Of a DNA stretch of 64,000 nucleotides, positions 26,984-41,284 are shown piece by piece. Source of the stretch: Octopus vulgaris (lineage: Eukaryota); assembly GCA_951406725.2 (NCBI GenBank), contig OX597822.1, positions 112,344,001 through 112,408,000 on the forward strand, read 5' to 3'. Position 1 is the stretch's first letter, and the number at the start of each line of letters is the position of its first letter. The notes beneath the pieces are model-generated. The model was not told the origin of the DNA. It made no database searches and worked only from the letters and a program-made list of their open reading frames with translations. Both the position numbers and the translations under genes were made by a program.

Positions 26984-28199
26984 CTTCTATCTATAAATGC
27001 TCTAATATCTATACAACCTTGGTTATTTTTTATCTCATTACACAAAAAAATCATATATACACACGCTGACATAGAACCAACGTTGAACGCAATATTCGCA
27101 ATATTACCGAATCTGGAACTTAACTATGGTCTGTCATTTAACTATAACTTAAATGGCACTTATTCAGCATTACCTGATACCTTTGGCTCTCAATGACACC
27201 ATTATCTCTTATTACCTCAACTTCTCGCGTTTTGGCGTTCAGACGAGTGTACTGGCTTAGATGTGGTAACATTTGAAATATTGCCGAGGTATATGCAACT
27301 GATGAAGATAAATCAAATATACGTTGGGAAACGTATTTTGAAGAATCTGAAACCGGTACTGCATTATCCGTTTCTAGGTTTTTCATTTTTCAGATGTTCT
27401 TCCTAGAGGTAAGACAATTTTTTTCATGTTTGTTGCACACATGCATCTTTACTAGTACATACGCAGTGAAGCTATACATTGGCGTCGTATTTATTACGTT
27501 CGCTATTTTCCAGTAAATATCGGTGCTTCATTGTGCCATTTATTTACTTTTATATGTATATATATATATACATATATATTAATGTTGATCGTAAGAGTAA
27601 ATATAAACTACAGCCACTTCTAATACACTTACATTAGAAGTGATTGTAGTCTACATTTACTGTTAGACTCACCTTAGCTAATTATATATCTGAATAATCT
27701 AACAATTACTTCTTAATTGATATTTGTTTCTTTAATCAATCTCCTAGCGTTCCGTTCAAAATTGCAGAAACTGTGATTCTGTTCAAATATTATCGCAGCC
27801 CACTCTTTTTTCTCTCTTCGCTTAATTGTCAATAAACTTAACACCAGCAATATTAAGAGACTACGCACTGTGTCTCCTACAAACTTTAGTTCGTGTCTTC
27901 ACTGGAAATCATTATATTAAGTTCAAAGCCTTAATTAAGAAATTCCCAAATTAATCAGCCAATAAAATAAACAGCAACCAAACACATTTCACTTGTTTTT
28001 CGTTAATTTACCTGTTGATCTAATATTATTTTAATATTTCGTATAAGGCTTGTAAAATTATTTGCTTTTCTCGGAGACTTGTGGGAAAGCTTAGAAATAT
28101 TGAAACCAGAAGGTTATCTGTTTAAATGCGGACAAAAAATGTTCATGTTTTCTTAAATTAATGATTTAATTATATACGTTCGTATTATGTCTGGAAATT

Positions 28200-29069
28200 A
28201 TATATTAATAGCTGAAGCGAAATGACAATTAATTACCAATTAATATCACTGAAAATATTTTCTTTCCAAAGATGGTTCTATGAAGCGACCTCAGGCATTT
28301 ATATTATTGAATGTAATCAGAAGAAAAATCATTACTAATAGATTTTAATTTCAAGAAGAATTTCGTAATGTTATTTTTTCGTGTGTGATAACTTTTGGAA
28401 ATAGGAGTTACCATAAAGTAACTCAAAACGATACGGAATTGTGTGAATTCGACAAAACAGATGTCATGAGATTATACTTCACCTGAGTTAACATCTCTCC
28501 AGAATATGAAATACAAGATTACTACAAATCTATGTAACTTTTGATTTTTTGCCAGATTTAGCAGTACCGTTGTATAGTGTTTGGTTTATAAACTAATAAA
28601 ACAGCTATGGGATATTTTTTTTGTGTTGCTAATTGATTTCATGGTTGATTTATTAACGATTTGTGAAACAATCACCGCTGAGTGATTTACTTTGTTGAAT
28701 AGACAGAGTTCTTTCCAAGGGAATTCTGCCAACAAAACACTTCACCAATGATTTCATTACCAGTGCCATCATAACTTCATTGAGAAACGCTTTTCTATAA
28801 TTTATATGCGATTAGAATCACTATTTTCTTAAATGCTAGTATTTACGATAAACAGCTCTCTTTCTATTTGACGTCACGCAACCAAACTACAAGACACGCA
28901 ACAAGTTTATGTGATACAGACTAAAATTACACCGAATCTGCAAAATGAGAAGCGTTCTAAAATCACTTCGAGATGAGTTGAGATGTTGCAACAGTTAAAT
29001 CAACCTTCATTAGCAAATAATTTGAATCCACCTACAGTTAACTGTTGGCAAAGGGGTTTTAAATAATTT

Positions 29070-29132
<63 letters not shown>

Positions 29133-29425
29133 CAAAAACACCTAAAGCTCACGCGGCTCCGGCAGGGTGGGTGGGTGTCGATCCCTGCTGTACTCTTTCG
29201 CCACAACTTTCTCTCACTCTTTCTTCTGTTGGCATTCTCGCTTAGCCAGTGGTGTGGCGTCATTTGAAGGCTAAAACAATGCGAAGCGCATTGTGACCAG
29301 CGATGTGTAGCAACATCTGATTTCTTTATTACCCACGAGGGGCTACACAGAGGGGATGTGTAGCAACATCTGATAGCCTGGTCGGTCACGGTGATATTTA
29401 TATATACCAGGCTATCAGATGTTGC

Positions 29426-29475
<50 letters not shown>

Positions 29476-29509
29476 TAGATACATACATATATATATATAA
29501 TATATATAT

Positions 29510-29598
<89 letters not shown>

Positions 29599-30537
29599 CA
29601 CACGTGTGTGTGTACACGCTCTCACACACGTTGCATTGATATTTGTTTTTATGGCAAGTTTGTATAAAAAAGAATTTAATATTGAATTGAAGGAACGTCC
29701 TTCTTTACGTTCTGAGTTCAAATTCCACCGAGGTGGACTTTGCCTTTCATCCTTTCGGGGTCGATAAATTAAGTACCTGTTAAACACTGGGGTCATTGTA
29801 ATCGACTCATTCCCTACCCCGGACTTGCTGATTTGTGCCAAATTTTGAAATTAATATTCTTTCCTACTCTAGGAAGGGGCCAATCAATTAGATCGACCCC
29901 AGTACGCAACTGGTACTTGATTTATCGACCCCAAAAGAACGAAAGCAAAGTCGACCTGGTGGAATTTGAACTCAGAACGTAAAGACAGTCGAATTTGAAA
30001 CTAATATTAAATTGAAAGGAAAAGCAGCGAACTGGCAGAATCGTTAGCACGCCGGGCGAAACGCTTTGCCGTATTTCGTCTGCCGCTACGTTCTGAGTTC
30101 AAATTACGCCGAGCTCAGCTTTGCATTTCATCTTTTCGGGGTCGATGAAATAAGTGCTAGTTGAGCACTGGGCTCAATTTAGTCGACTTATCCCCTCCTC
30201 CGAAATTCCTGGCTTTGTGCCAAAATTTGAAACCAATATTAAACTGAACCATTACTTACTACATTTAGTAGCAAACATGGTAAAGGTTTGACGAAGGAAA
30301 GAATGCTGAAATTTTGATGTAACTTTACTCTTTTACTTGTTTCAGTCATTTGACTGTGGCCATGATGGAGCACCACCTTTAGTCGAGCAAATCGGCCCGT
30401 AGGACTTATTCTATCGGTCTCTTTCGCCGAACCGCTAAGTTACGAGGACGTAAACACACCAGCATCGATTGTCAAGCGATGTTGGGGGGACAAACACAGA
30501 CACACAAACGAATACAAACACATACACACATACATAC

Positions 30538-30587
<50 letters not shown>

Positions 30588-31150
30588 CACATATATATAT
30601 ATACGACGGGCTTCTTTCAGTTTCCGTCTGCCAAATCCTGTCACAAGGCTTTGATCGGCCTGAGGCTATAGTAGAAGACACTTGCCCAAGGTGCCACGCA
30701 GTGGGACTGAACCTAGAACCATGTGGTTGGTAAGCAAGCTACGTACCACACAGCCACTCTTGTCAACCTTTTCCTTTTATTTTCCAGCGTTCATAGAACA
30801 GGGAAATATAAACTTAATTTTCGAATCAGACATATATTTGAAAAAGTGATGCAAGAAAGAGTTCAACTTAAGTAATTTCTATCTTAAGTTACCGACAACA
30901 TTTTCTACTCAGGCTTATTAATATAGTTATAAATAAACGAACATCTTCACATCCATTCATAACTGCATCAAAATTAAGCTGTAGCAGGATTTTACAAACT
31001 TAACTGCAACTTTCCTGCACATTTATATGATTTACATATTTTCCTCAGCTTTGAAACTCTCAGAGATCTTGCAATATAAAGCAAGCAGGGATTGGAACCT
31101 TCAGACTGAAGGCCTTTTTTGCAACTGTGAATTTATTTTACAAATACTGG
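28200..31150 (-). mobile_element. Scattered decayed hAT transposase fragments between SINEs
   Basis: SYDGTGN-like motif near 28770 and a dimerisation-domain-like IP....R..SKLRKI / LNFDAVM near 30950-31100. Heavily frameshifted. Confidence 0.35.
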
Positions 31151-31889
31151 GTTTAACAGTTATCTTCATATTTACATCAAACTAGAACCATTTCCTTTTA
31201 ATACAATAACTACCTATATTCTTTACTACCCACAAGGGTCTAAACACAGAGGGGACAAACAAGGACAGACAAACGGAGTAAGTCGATTATATCGACCCCA
31301 GTGCGTAACTGGTACTTATTTAATCGACCCCGAAAGGATGAAAGGCAAAGTCGACCTCGGCGGAATTTGAACTCAGAACTTAACGGCAGACGAAATACGG
31401 TTACGCATTTCGCCCGGCGTGCTAACGTTTCTGCCAGCTCGCCGCCTTTCCTTTTAATACAATAACCACCACGTCCGTCTTAATAAAGCAGTTCAGAATC
31501 ATTGAGTTAATTAATTAGAAATATAGACTGATTAATTATAAGTATAGTATTGTTTGAATAAGAAATTTAATTTCATCCTAACAAACAATTTTATTTATCA
31601 TTCAAAATATAGATTTCTTCTTGAAAAGACATAAAATCTCTGTAGTTAAATAGCGAGAGAGAATCCGCTACGCAGGCAGCCGACCTTCCAAAAACAGCAG
31701 TCAACTGTCTTAAAACGGAGGGCACATTGAATAACGAAGGACAGATTATACTATGTCTGAATAAAGGACGAAATGGTTAGCACTAGACCGTCAAGATCAT
31801 ACAAGTGATTGATTAGAGATGACTTGGGACTAAAATACCACTACCACAGCCAAGTAACTCTTCCTCTATACAAAGGTAATACCTAACAT

Positions 31890-33270
31890 AGTCTCCATCA
31901 CAAGCGATGCATTTGTGCAATTCCTGAACCTTTGAAAAATTAAGATATGCACCGATGCACTCGATTAGTCACAGTCACTTTCGCCTCATCTATGTCATTA
32001 AATCGTTGTCCTCTAATTCTGCCTATCATTGAATCGAATAGGCAGAATTTGGAAGGCACCAAATCCGGACAGTACGGTGGAGAGGGGACCATTGACCAGC
32101 TCAATTTGCCGATTGCCTGATTTGTTGCCAAACATATATGTAGAGTCAAACCATGTCATGGTGAATGTGGATCGATATCCGATTCTTGTTCCGTCTCTTC
32201 TTCCTAAAAGCTTCTCTAATCTTTCTGAGTGTTGCAATGTACTACACGTTGTTCACAGTACATCCACGTTCCAGAAATTCAAGGAAAACGATGCCCTTGT
32301 CACTACGAATGTCTGTCTTTTGAACTTTTTAGGTACTGGAGAAAAGGTGTGAAGCCATTCCATGGACTAGTCCTTTCTTTCCAGCCATAAAGATACGCCA
32401 ACGTTTCATTCCCTGTCACCAGATTGGCAAAAAGAAAACAAAAACAAAAAAAGAACCCATCTTCATTGGTTTCAAACGCTTTCAGCAGGTCAGAGCAGAC
32501 TTCCGTCAAATCGGGTGTCAGCTGCCTAAATACTCACTTTGCCCGCACTTCCCGATATCTCAAATTTCCCAGCATCTTCTGTAATGTAATCTGACCACCA
32601 GATTGAACTCGTCTCTCCGCGCGAATCACTTCGTCCACTCGTTGGTGATTCGTGTCACTGGTCGTAGGTGATAGTGTCCCACTGCGGCGTGGTTTGTCTT
32701 ACATGCTCGTTTCCGCTTCTTTAAACTTCTTCAACTATCAAGGCGTAGGAGTGGCTGTGTGGTAAGTAGCTTCTTTACCAACCGCATGGTTCCAGGTTCA
32801 GTCCCACTGCGTGGTATCTTGGGCAAGTGTCTTCTACTATAGCCTCGGGCCGACCAAAGCCTTGTGAGTGGATTTTGTAGACGGAAACTGAAAGAAGCCC
32901 ACCGTGTATATGTATATATATATATATGTATGTATGTATGCATGTATGCATGTGTGTGTATATGCTTGTGTGTCTGTGTTTGTCCCCCTAATATCGCTTG
33001 ACAACCGATGCTGGTGTGTTTATGTTGCCGTAACTTAGCGGTTCAGCAAAAGAGCCCGATAGAATAAGTACTAGGCTTACAAAGAATAAGTCCTGGGGTC
33101 GATTTTCTCGACTAAAGGCGCTGCTCCAACATGGCCACAGTCAAATGCCTGAAACAAGTAAAAGAGTAACAGAGTATCTGTGCAGACTGCTTTTGTCAAT
33201 GGATCTCGTAAACACCCTGTTGCTTTTTGTGGATGTTGGACAGCCTGAGCCTCTCCATCAAAAGGTTAGG
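31890..33270 (-). mobile_element. Degenerate mariner transposase interrupted by a SINE (32741-33171)
   Basis: Minus-strand peptides IHKK..GVY (33200s), KKFKEAETSM*DKPRRSG, VTGNETLAYLY and SPPYCPDLVPSKFCLFDSM..RGQRF. Confidence 0.8.
32741..33171 (+). mobile_element. Full-length SINE family A copy inserted in a mariner relic
   Basis: aggcgtaggagtggctgtgtggt (A box) ... ggttcagtccc (B box) ... gaaacaagtaaaagagt tail. Confidence 0.9.
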
Positions 33271-33463
33271 GATGGCAAGTTGCTTCTGCACAGAACCAGT
33301 TATTCGCCTGCAATGAAGAGCAGGAAGAAGAGTTATCATTGAGGAAGAGTTCTTTGACTAACGTGCAATTTGAACAACCAAGTTAACAGAAAAGTTACCT
33401 TCACATTTGCATTACTTTCGGTATAACCTCCTCTGTGTGTGTGTGTGTGTGTGTGTGTCTGCG

Positions 33464-33549
<86 letters not shown>

Positions 33550-33625
33550 GTCTGTCTGTCTGTCTGTCTGCCTATCTATCTGTTTGTCTGTCTGCCTATC
33601 TATATAAAATCTATCTATATATATA

Positions 33626-33805
<180 letters not shown>

Positions 33806-33934
33806 AATATCGTCACGCCTCCTTTCTTCAAACGGGAAGGAAGAGCTATTTTCATAATCCTATGAACCCGGAAAAATTTAAAACAGAGAGTTACTTACTT
33901 GCAAATAAATGTGTTAACATGTGATATTATTGAC

Positions 33935-34198
33935 CGAGGTTACCGTGGTCTTTTCCGTAGGCTTTTCTTTCCACGGATAAACCTTATCTGCTTCCCCCTT
34001 TACACTTTACTTCATGACATTTCTGTGATACACGATCCCTATTGATCGCTTTTTTTCTCTCTTTTTACGATCCCTTTTGATCGAAAACCTACCCCCTTTT
34101 TCTTTTTTCTTTTTCTTTTCTTTTTTTTCTCCCCCAAAATAAAAGCTCTACTTTGTAATTTGTCCCCTCTGTGTTCAGCCCTGGCTAATAAAGAAACA
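33935..34198 (+). mobile_element. Probable LINE 3' UTR fragment sharing its tail with SINE family B
   Basis: Pyrimidine-rich UTR-like tract ending tgtcccctctgtgttcagccctggctaataaagaaa. Confidence 0.55.
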
Positions 34199-34850
34199 TA
34201 TATATCTATCTATCTATTTCTGTTTACTTGAAGATCGTATTTATTTAGAAATCCTTCCTGTCAACTGAAGTAAACATGCCTTACCGAGGAAAGCTAATTA
34301 CATCGAAACCTGTCCACTACATTCAGCGACTGACTTTAAAGGCAACCTCCCCCTTATAACTGTGCTGTCTTTTTACTTTACAAATACTTCAGTTTGGTTG
34401 ATATTAACAGAGTTATTTCCCTTAGACGTTGTTTTTGAATTTAGATATTCCAGAGGGAGTTTCTATCAACTAATTTAATGGATAATCTTAGATAATCATA
34501 TTTGAACACCCGTGGTTCATGCGTGAGACTCTAGCGTACATGGCAGAGACACAATTCCTTAGATCTATTCGACTGGGACTGTTCTATGGTTAAAGAACAA
34601 TAAAAATAATTAAACTCGAACCAAATAGTGACGGTCGATCTGCACGGTCGATCACCCTTCTAGCTAGAAATAGCAACTAAATCTCTCTACTCAAAGCATA
34701 TTATCTAAATATAAATATCAAACAAAGGGCACATTGCATTATGTAGTCCGAGCTATATTGTGCTAGAATAAAGACGAGATAATCAGTCTTATAATCATAG
34801 GTCTACACGGACTTAGTTCGGCTAAGGCAAAATAACAACAATAGTAGCAG

Positions 34851-34970
<120 letters not shown>

Positions 34971-35554
34971 ACAGGACGGTGACACGTCCATGACGCTTGT
35001 GATTTCCCCACTAAGTGGGGAGGATTAGCTCAGGTAGGTAGACACGTGGGCAGGAAGTGATGGATAGGTAAAGGGGAGTGGCTGGCAGGTGGAAAGGTAA
35101 GTGTAATTAGTGCAGCCTAATTGAGAATCTCGGCCGAGACTAGAGGTAATACCTTGGCCTAACGGATCAGCGATTAATAAGATTTACGTATTCTAGTCTT
35201 TCAGATTGACTGCCGCAGCAGCGTATGTCAGGCTTATGGCACAATTGAACCACTGCACCATGGTGATGATGATGGTGACGATGATGATGATGATGATGAT
35301 GATGATGACGACGGCGGCGGCGGCGGTGGTGGTAGCGGCGGCGGTGGTGGTGGTAGCGGCGGTGGTGGTGTTGTCCGTCTTATTAAATTCGTGTTTCATT
35401 CATTTGTGTTTAAAATTTATTTACTAATTAGTTCTCGAATTGAAATCTTTATGAGATTGTATAAAAACGGAAACAATACATACGCGTGCGTGCGCACATG
35501 TATATACACAAATACATACGTGTGTGTATAGACACATGCATACATGTCTGTGTA

Positions 35555-35610
<56 letters not shown>

Positions 35611-36070
35611 AATATATATATATAGCTTGCTTACCAACCATATCGTTCTGGGTTCAGTCCCACTGCGTGGCACCTCGGGCAAGTGTCTTCTATAGTCTCG
35701 GACCGGCCAAAGCCTTGTGAGTGGATTTGGTAGACGGAAACTGTATATATATATATGTGTGTGTGTGTTTGTGTGTCTGTGTTTGTCCCCCCAACATCGC
35801 TTGACAACCGATGCTGGTGTGTTTACGTCCCCGTAACCTAGCGGTTCGGCGAAAGAAACCGATAGAATAAGTACTAGGCTTACAAAGAATAAGTCCTGGG
35901 GTCGATGTACTCGACTAAAGGCGGTGCTCCACCGTGGCCGCAGTCAAATGACTGAAACAAGTAAAAAGAGGAAAAGAGAATATATCTATCACACACATAT
36001 AGTATATATGTGTATTATTGTGTGTGTGTATGTGTGTGTGTGTGTGTGTAGAATATATATAAATCGCATA

Positions 36071-37246
36071 CGAGGGAGGACAGAAAAGTCCATAGGCTGA
36101 CTATGAAGGAATGATGCTTGAGCCGTGATATTTCGCATGCATTATTTTCAACTCTTCTTATTAATAACTGTATTGTTTCTTTCTCAGTAAACTCATATCT
36201 GACTGATCAAAGAAATCTTCAAAGGTAAACTAGTAATGGCCTCTCTTGAAATTCGACAAAACTTGGCATCGTCGTGTTATCAAGTATCTGCGGGGAAAAA
36301 AAAAAAGGGTTTAGCTGGCATTTATGCTGACATGGTTGCTACATTAGGGGATTTATCAACAATGCAAAAATGGACAGCTGAATTTAGGAGGTAAAGGGAG
36401 AGTTTTGAAGATGACCCAGCATCCGGACGTTCTGCGACTGCCACCATCGAGGAAAACATTGATTGTGCTCACAAAAATAGTGGTGAATGACAAGCGATTG
36501 ACTATAAATGAAAAAGCCAGTGCTGTTAGCATATCCCGTGAGAGAGCTGAGAATATTCTGTACAAGGAATCTGTTATAGTTTGAGGTAGATCAAGCTAGT
36601 TTCCTTGAACGTCTCTTTACCCAGGACGAGTGTTGAGTTCATCACTTTCAATCAGAGACAAAGAGATAATCCATGCTGTGGAAACATCCCTCCTCACCAG
36701 CTCCAAAGAAGGCCGAGGTAGTTTTATCTGCAGGGAAGGTGACGGCCTCAGTTTTTTTGAATGCAAAAGGTGTTGTGTTTATTGATTATCATCGAACGAG
36801 CTACACCATCAATGGAGTGTACTATGCCAACTTGCTGAGACAGTTAGGAAAGGCTATCGACACCAAACACCCAGGAAAATTGGACAAAAAAGGGGTCTTG
36901 TTCCATCAGGGCAATGCTCCAGCACACAAGTCATTGGTTTCAATGGCTGCTGTGTGTGACCATAGATTTGAACCATGCTCTCCTGATTTGGACCCATCTG
37001 ACGATCATCTGTTCCTCAACACTTGGCTGGGAATCAATACCGCACTGATGATGAAGTCACATCAGCTGTTGATGACTTTTTTGACGAAGAGAATGAAAAC
37101 TTCTTCAGCAATGGGATCCAAGCACTGCAACACCGATGGAAGAAGTGTGTGGACAGCAAAGGGGACTATGTTGAAAAATAACCCTCATTTGGTCACATTC
37201 CACGAGGATGTCTTGGTCAACCGGTGAAGTTTTCAGCCAACCCTCG
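36071..37246 (+). mobile_element. Mariner (Tc1/mariner) element with degenerate transposase, TIRs and TA TSD
   Basis: ta|cgagggaggacagaaaagt ... agttttcagccaaccctcg|ta. Peptides WKHPSSPAPKK..SAGKVTASVF..KGVVFIDY, HQGNAPAH and SPDLDPSDDHLF. Confidence 0.9.
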
Positions 37247-37259
37247 TATTTATAAATAT

Positions 37260-38352
37260 GTAACGGAAGCACACCGAAAAAGAAAAGGAATGTGGCAGAC
37301 ATGGAAAAAAAGTCTCTTAACATAAGAAAAAAAATAAAACATTTGGAAAGCATATAAATGCGAAAAGTATGCCGAAACACACTCGAAATGGATTTCTTTA
37401 GCGGCACCCATACTTCTTCGGAACTACCTAATTAAGAAAATTGTAGGAGAACCAGAGGATGAAACAAAGCTTCGATGGGACCTTACCTTAACAAAATTCA
37501 GGACTGACATCTGTATTACCCTGTGTAAACAATCCGTTACAAAGCCAAATACGAAGCAATCGATGGCCTAGTTGGAAATGGAATATCAAAACTAGCAACT
37601 GGCAATCTAGGGGGGTGGGGGGATGCGAGAACTATGGACCAGAGATATCACAAAAGGAGAGAGCAAATCAAGAGAATTATGGCAGCAGAAACAACTATTC
37701 CTCGACAAATATGCTACCAATTACGGTAAAGACTATAGAACCCAGAGAAATAACAAGAAAAGAGAACAATCCCACCAACGTAACAAAAGCCAGAACACGG
37801 GGTAACATGAACGCTCTTTCTACCATGAGTTAAAGAGGAACTATGGTAAGAATTCTTCACTTTTTGTACGCAAACAACCTAATGTACACAATATGCACAA
37901 AAAATATAAACAAGATAAATATTCCTTTGATCAGGCCATTAGAAATAATAGATCATTTTCAAAACCCCAACAAAGACTATCTACAAAAAACTGGGCAAAA
38001 AACCGATCTAGAACCAGAAACAAATCTAGATCATTCTCTCAGATCATTAAAATCAATACTAACAAGAAATTGAAAAATAAGATGTATAATTCCAAAAATA
38101 GGACAGAAAACATAACAAAGTCAGGTAAAATAACACAACCAAAACACAAACTTCAAGTTAACATCAACAAAAATAGAAATCACAAAGAGAAAAAAATCTA
38201 TTTTTTAATGTCTGGACAAGAAACACCGGAGAAAAGAAAATTCCACGTGGAAACATATCCAAAACAACTCGACGGATAGATCCTAAAATAATCTTTCCAA
38301 AAGAGATCTTGACAATGATGAAATCCAACTTCTCTTAAAAGGCCTGAACTAA
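37260..38352 (+). mobile_element. Degenerate Penelope-like element ORF, N-terminal region
   Basis: A-rich decayed coding-like tract ending in NNLSKRDLDNDEIQLLLKGLN (38287-38349), matching the NLS..L...E..LL.KGL.F motif upstream of PLE reverse transcriptases. Confidence 0.6.
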
Positions 38353-38404
38353 AGGAAGATATCCAAAAATTCTGTTGTAAGTTGCGACTTGTGGAATTCT
38401 TCAC

Positions 38405-38474
<70 letters not shown>

Positions 38475-38618
38475 TTTACTATATTATTTTATATCTTGTA
38501 TTAATATTATAGAACGGTACAAAATCTGTCTCCCTCCCTCCCGCTCTCTCTTTATATATGAATGTGTGTGTGTGTATGTGTGTATCATATATGCATATGT
38601 GTATATATATGTATGTAA

Positions 38619-38652
<34 letters not shown>

Positions 38653-38671
38653 GCAGCATAATAATGATAAT

Positions 38672-38726
<55 letters not shown>

Positions 38727-39397
38727 TCTGTGAATTGGCGTGTGTAATCTGGGAATGCATACAATGAGCTTCTCTGCCCTAGGTGTATGGAAAACACTCG
38801 GCGAGAAACGGAAGAAAATTTGAAGAAAGAAGGAAAAAACATAATAATAATAACAACAACAACAACAAGAACATTCAGAGAGCGCAAATCTCCGCCAAGG
38901 TAACAGCAACATCCTCTCAATGATTAGCCAGAGATGATTTTTAAAATGTGAATATCTGAAATAAACTCGACTGTTCTCACAAACAGGAATACTAAAAATG
39001 AACCCGACCGCTCTCAAAAAAATATGAAAAATAATCCAGAATCCTTGTCCGGTACCGGATCTCAACGATTAGCTAGAGATGATCTTTGAAATGAAAATAT
39101 CTGAAATAAACTTAACTGCTGCTCTCACAAACAAGAAGTTGTTTCTCTTTGATTACTATCGCAAACAGCAGTATATTTCTTCAACCGAATACACGTTGTT
39201 GATTGGTTGAAATTACTTAAATACGACAACTTTAACACGAAATAACTTCTAAAATACCAAATTTTGTCAAAAACGCTCAGAGTAAACCTTGTTCTACGTG
39301 AGAAATTCTAATAGTATTCGAAGCTTCAAACTGTTTAATTAAAAAAATTTAATTGAAAAAATCCGTGATTGAGATGGAATAGATCCGGATTTTATGA

Positions 39398-39775
39398 GTC
39401 AGTGCGACCATGAGATAGAGAATAGGTAGCCGGACATAGTGTTAATTGAGAAAGAAAGCAAACTATACTGGATCATAGATATAGCATGCTCAGCTAACAA
39501 CAAAGTATGCGATAAGGAAGAAAGAAAAGTCGAGAGATATAACAGGTTAACTTGGGAGGTTAAGCAGTTGTGGTCGCTGAAAAAGGTGGTAGTAGTACCA
39601 ATAATTGTCGGAGCCCTGGGGACAGTGAGTAAAAACCTTGATAAGTACATGGAACAAATAGGGGCTGCAATACTTCAGATGGTGCTCGAAAAATAAGGGT
39701 TGTTACCTTAGTTCACTGGTAGTGAACAGCTGGCAGCGTAGTACATCTCCAGCGTTAGAAGCTGTGCAAAGACAA
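39398..39775 (+). mobile_element. 3' end of an RLE-type non-LTR retrotransposon (R4/Dong-like) ending in (CAA)n/(TAA)n
   Basis: PDIVLIEKESKLYWIIDIAC...KEERKVERY..L..EVKQLW..KKVVVVPIIVGALG is the restriction-like endonuclease signature, followed by a TAA microsatellite. Confidence 0.85.
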
Positions 39776-39795
39776 CAGCAACAACAACAACAACA

Positions 39796-39931
<136 letters not shown>

Positions 39932-40067
39932 CAGAACTGTACTTACATACTGCAAGAGGAGGGAAACTTTTTTTTTAAAGCCTGATACTTACTTTTTCGG
40001 TTTCTTTTTGCCGTTATGCTGAAATCGAGGAAAGCTAGCCAACAGAAGTTTTTTTAAAAGTTCGTTA

Positions 40068-40132
40068 TTTCTATATTGAATCAATTTCGGAATTAATCTC
40101 ATAATAGATTTTTTTTTCCTCTTCAGTAGAAA
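40068..40132 (-). ncRNA. Type I hammerhead ribozyme motif (second copy 41352-41414 +)
   Basis: TTTCTA-CTGAAGA-GGAA..aatct/agatt..TTCC-GAAA-TTGA t TCAA-TA-TAGAAA: canonical core, stems I and II, near-palindromic stem III. Confidence 0.7.
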
Positions 40133-40199
40133 ATATGAATAGAAATAAATGAAATACTTACATGCGCCCATGGAAAAAAAGCCGAAGCAAAAGTCATGA

Positions 40200-40232
<33 letters not shown>

Positions 40233-40471
40233 AGGGGGATGCCGAAAAGTTCCTGGTTTGGGGTAAAAAGAAAATACAGGAGGATCAGTTGATTATGATT
40301 TTATATAATATATTTCCCTCAAGGATACACACACTTATTGCAGCGGTCCTTCAAATTTCTAAGCCCTGTAAAAGGGGAGGGACGTAAACAAACCAACACC
40401 GGTTGTCAGGCGGTAGTGGGGGTCAAACACAGACACAAAGACACACACACATGCATATATACACAGAAAAT

Positions 40472-40519
<48 letters not shown>

Positions 40520-40813
40520 CGGGCTTCTTTCTGTTTCCGTCTAACAAATCCACCCATAAGGCTTTGGTCGACCCAAGGCCTACAGCAGAAGACACTTACC
40601 CGAGGTACCATGCTTTGGAACTAACCCCAGAACCACACACCCACGCCTAAATTACAAAAAGTGACTCAAGGGCTGAGAGTTTCGTGTGTGGCACCGTTGA
40701 CTCAAATTTGTAACATTTTGTCGATTAAAAATGAAGATAAAAGTGTACATAAATATTACATACATGTAGCTGTGGTGGCTGCCCCACCACGTGATTTCGG
40801 GTTCAGTCTAACA

Positions 40814-40883
<70 letters not shown>

Positions 40884-40893
40884 TATATATATA

Positions 40894-41097
40894 CGAGGAG
40901 GTGCTGAAAAGTTCTAGGCTTTAAGTGTATCGCGAAAGGCTCAACCTTTCGAGTTCTTTTACAGGGCTTAGAAATTTGAAGGACCGCTGCAATAAGTGTG
41001 TGTATCCTTGAGGGAAATATATTATATAAAATCATAATCAACTGATCCTCCTGTATCTTCTTTTTACGCCAAACCAGGAACTTTTCGGCATCCCCCT

Positions 41098-41099
<2 letters not shown>
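40894..41099. mobile_element. ~205 bp mariner-derived MITE (partial inverted copy at 40231-40374)
   Basis: ta|cgaggaggtgctgaaaagttc ... gaacttttcggcatcccccttg|ta. TIR resembles the mariner at 36071. Confidence 0.8.
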
Positions 41100-41162
<63 letters not shown>

Positions 41163-41230
41163 TATTTACTTTATATTAATATTATATTAACTTTATGTAT
41201 TGATCTCCTTGTTTGATTGTACTCAATATT

Positions 41231-41284
<54 letters not shown>

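Noticed and set aside
36673-37227. SETMAR-like host gene
   Set aside because: No SET domain; frameshifted transposase between TIRs with a TA TSD.
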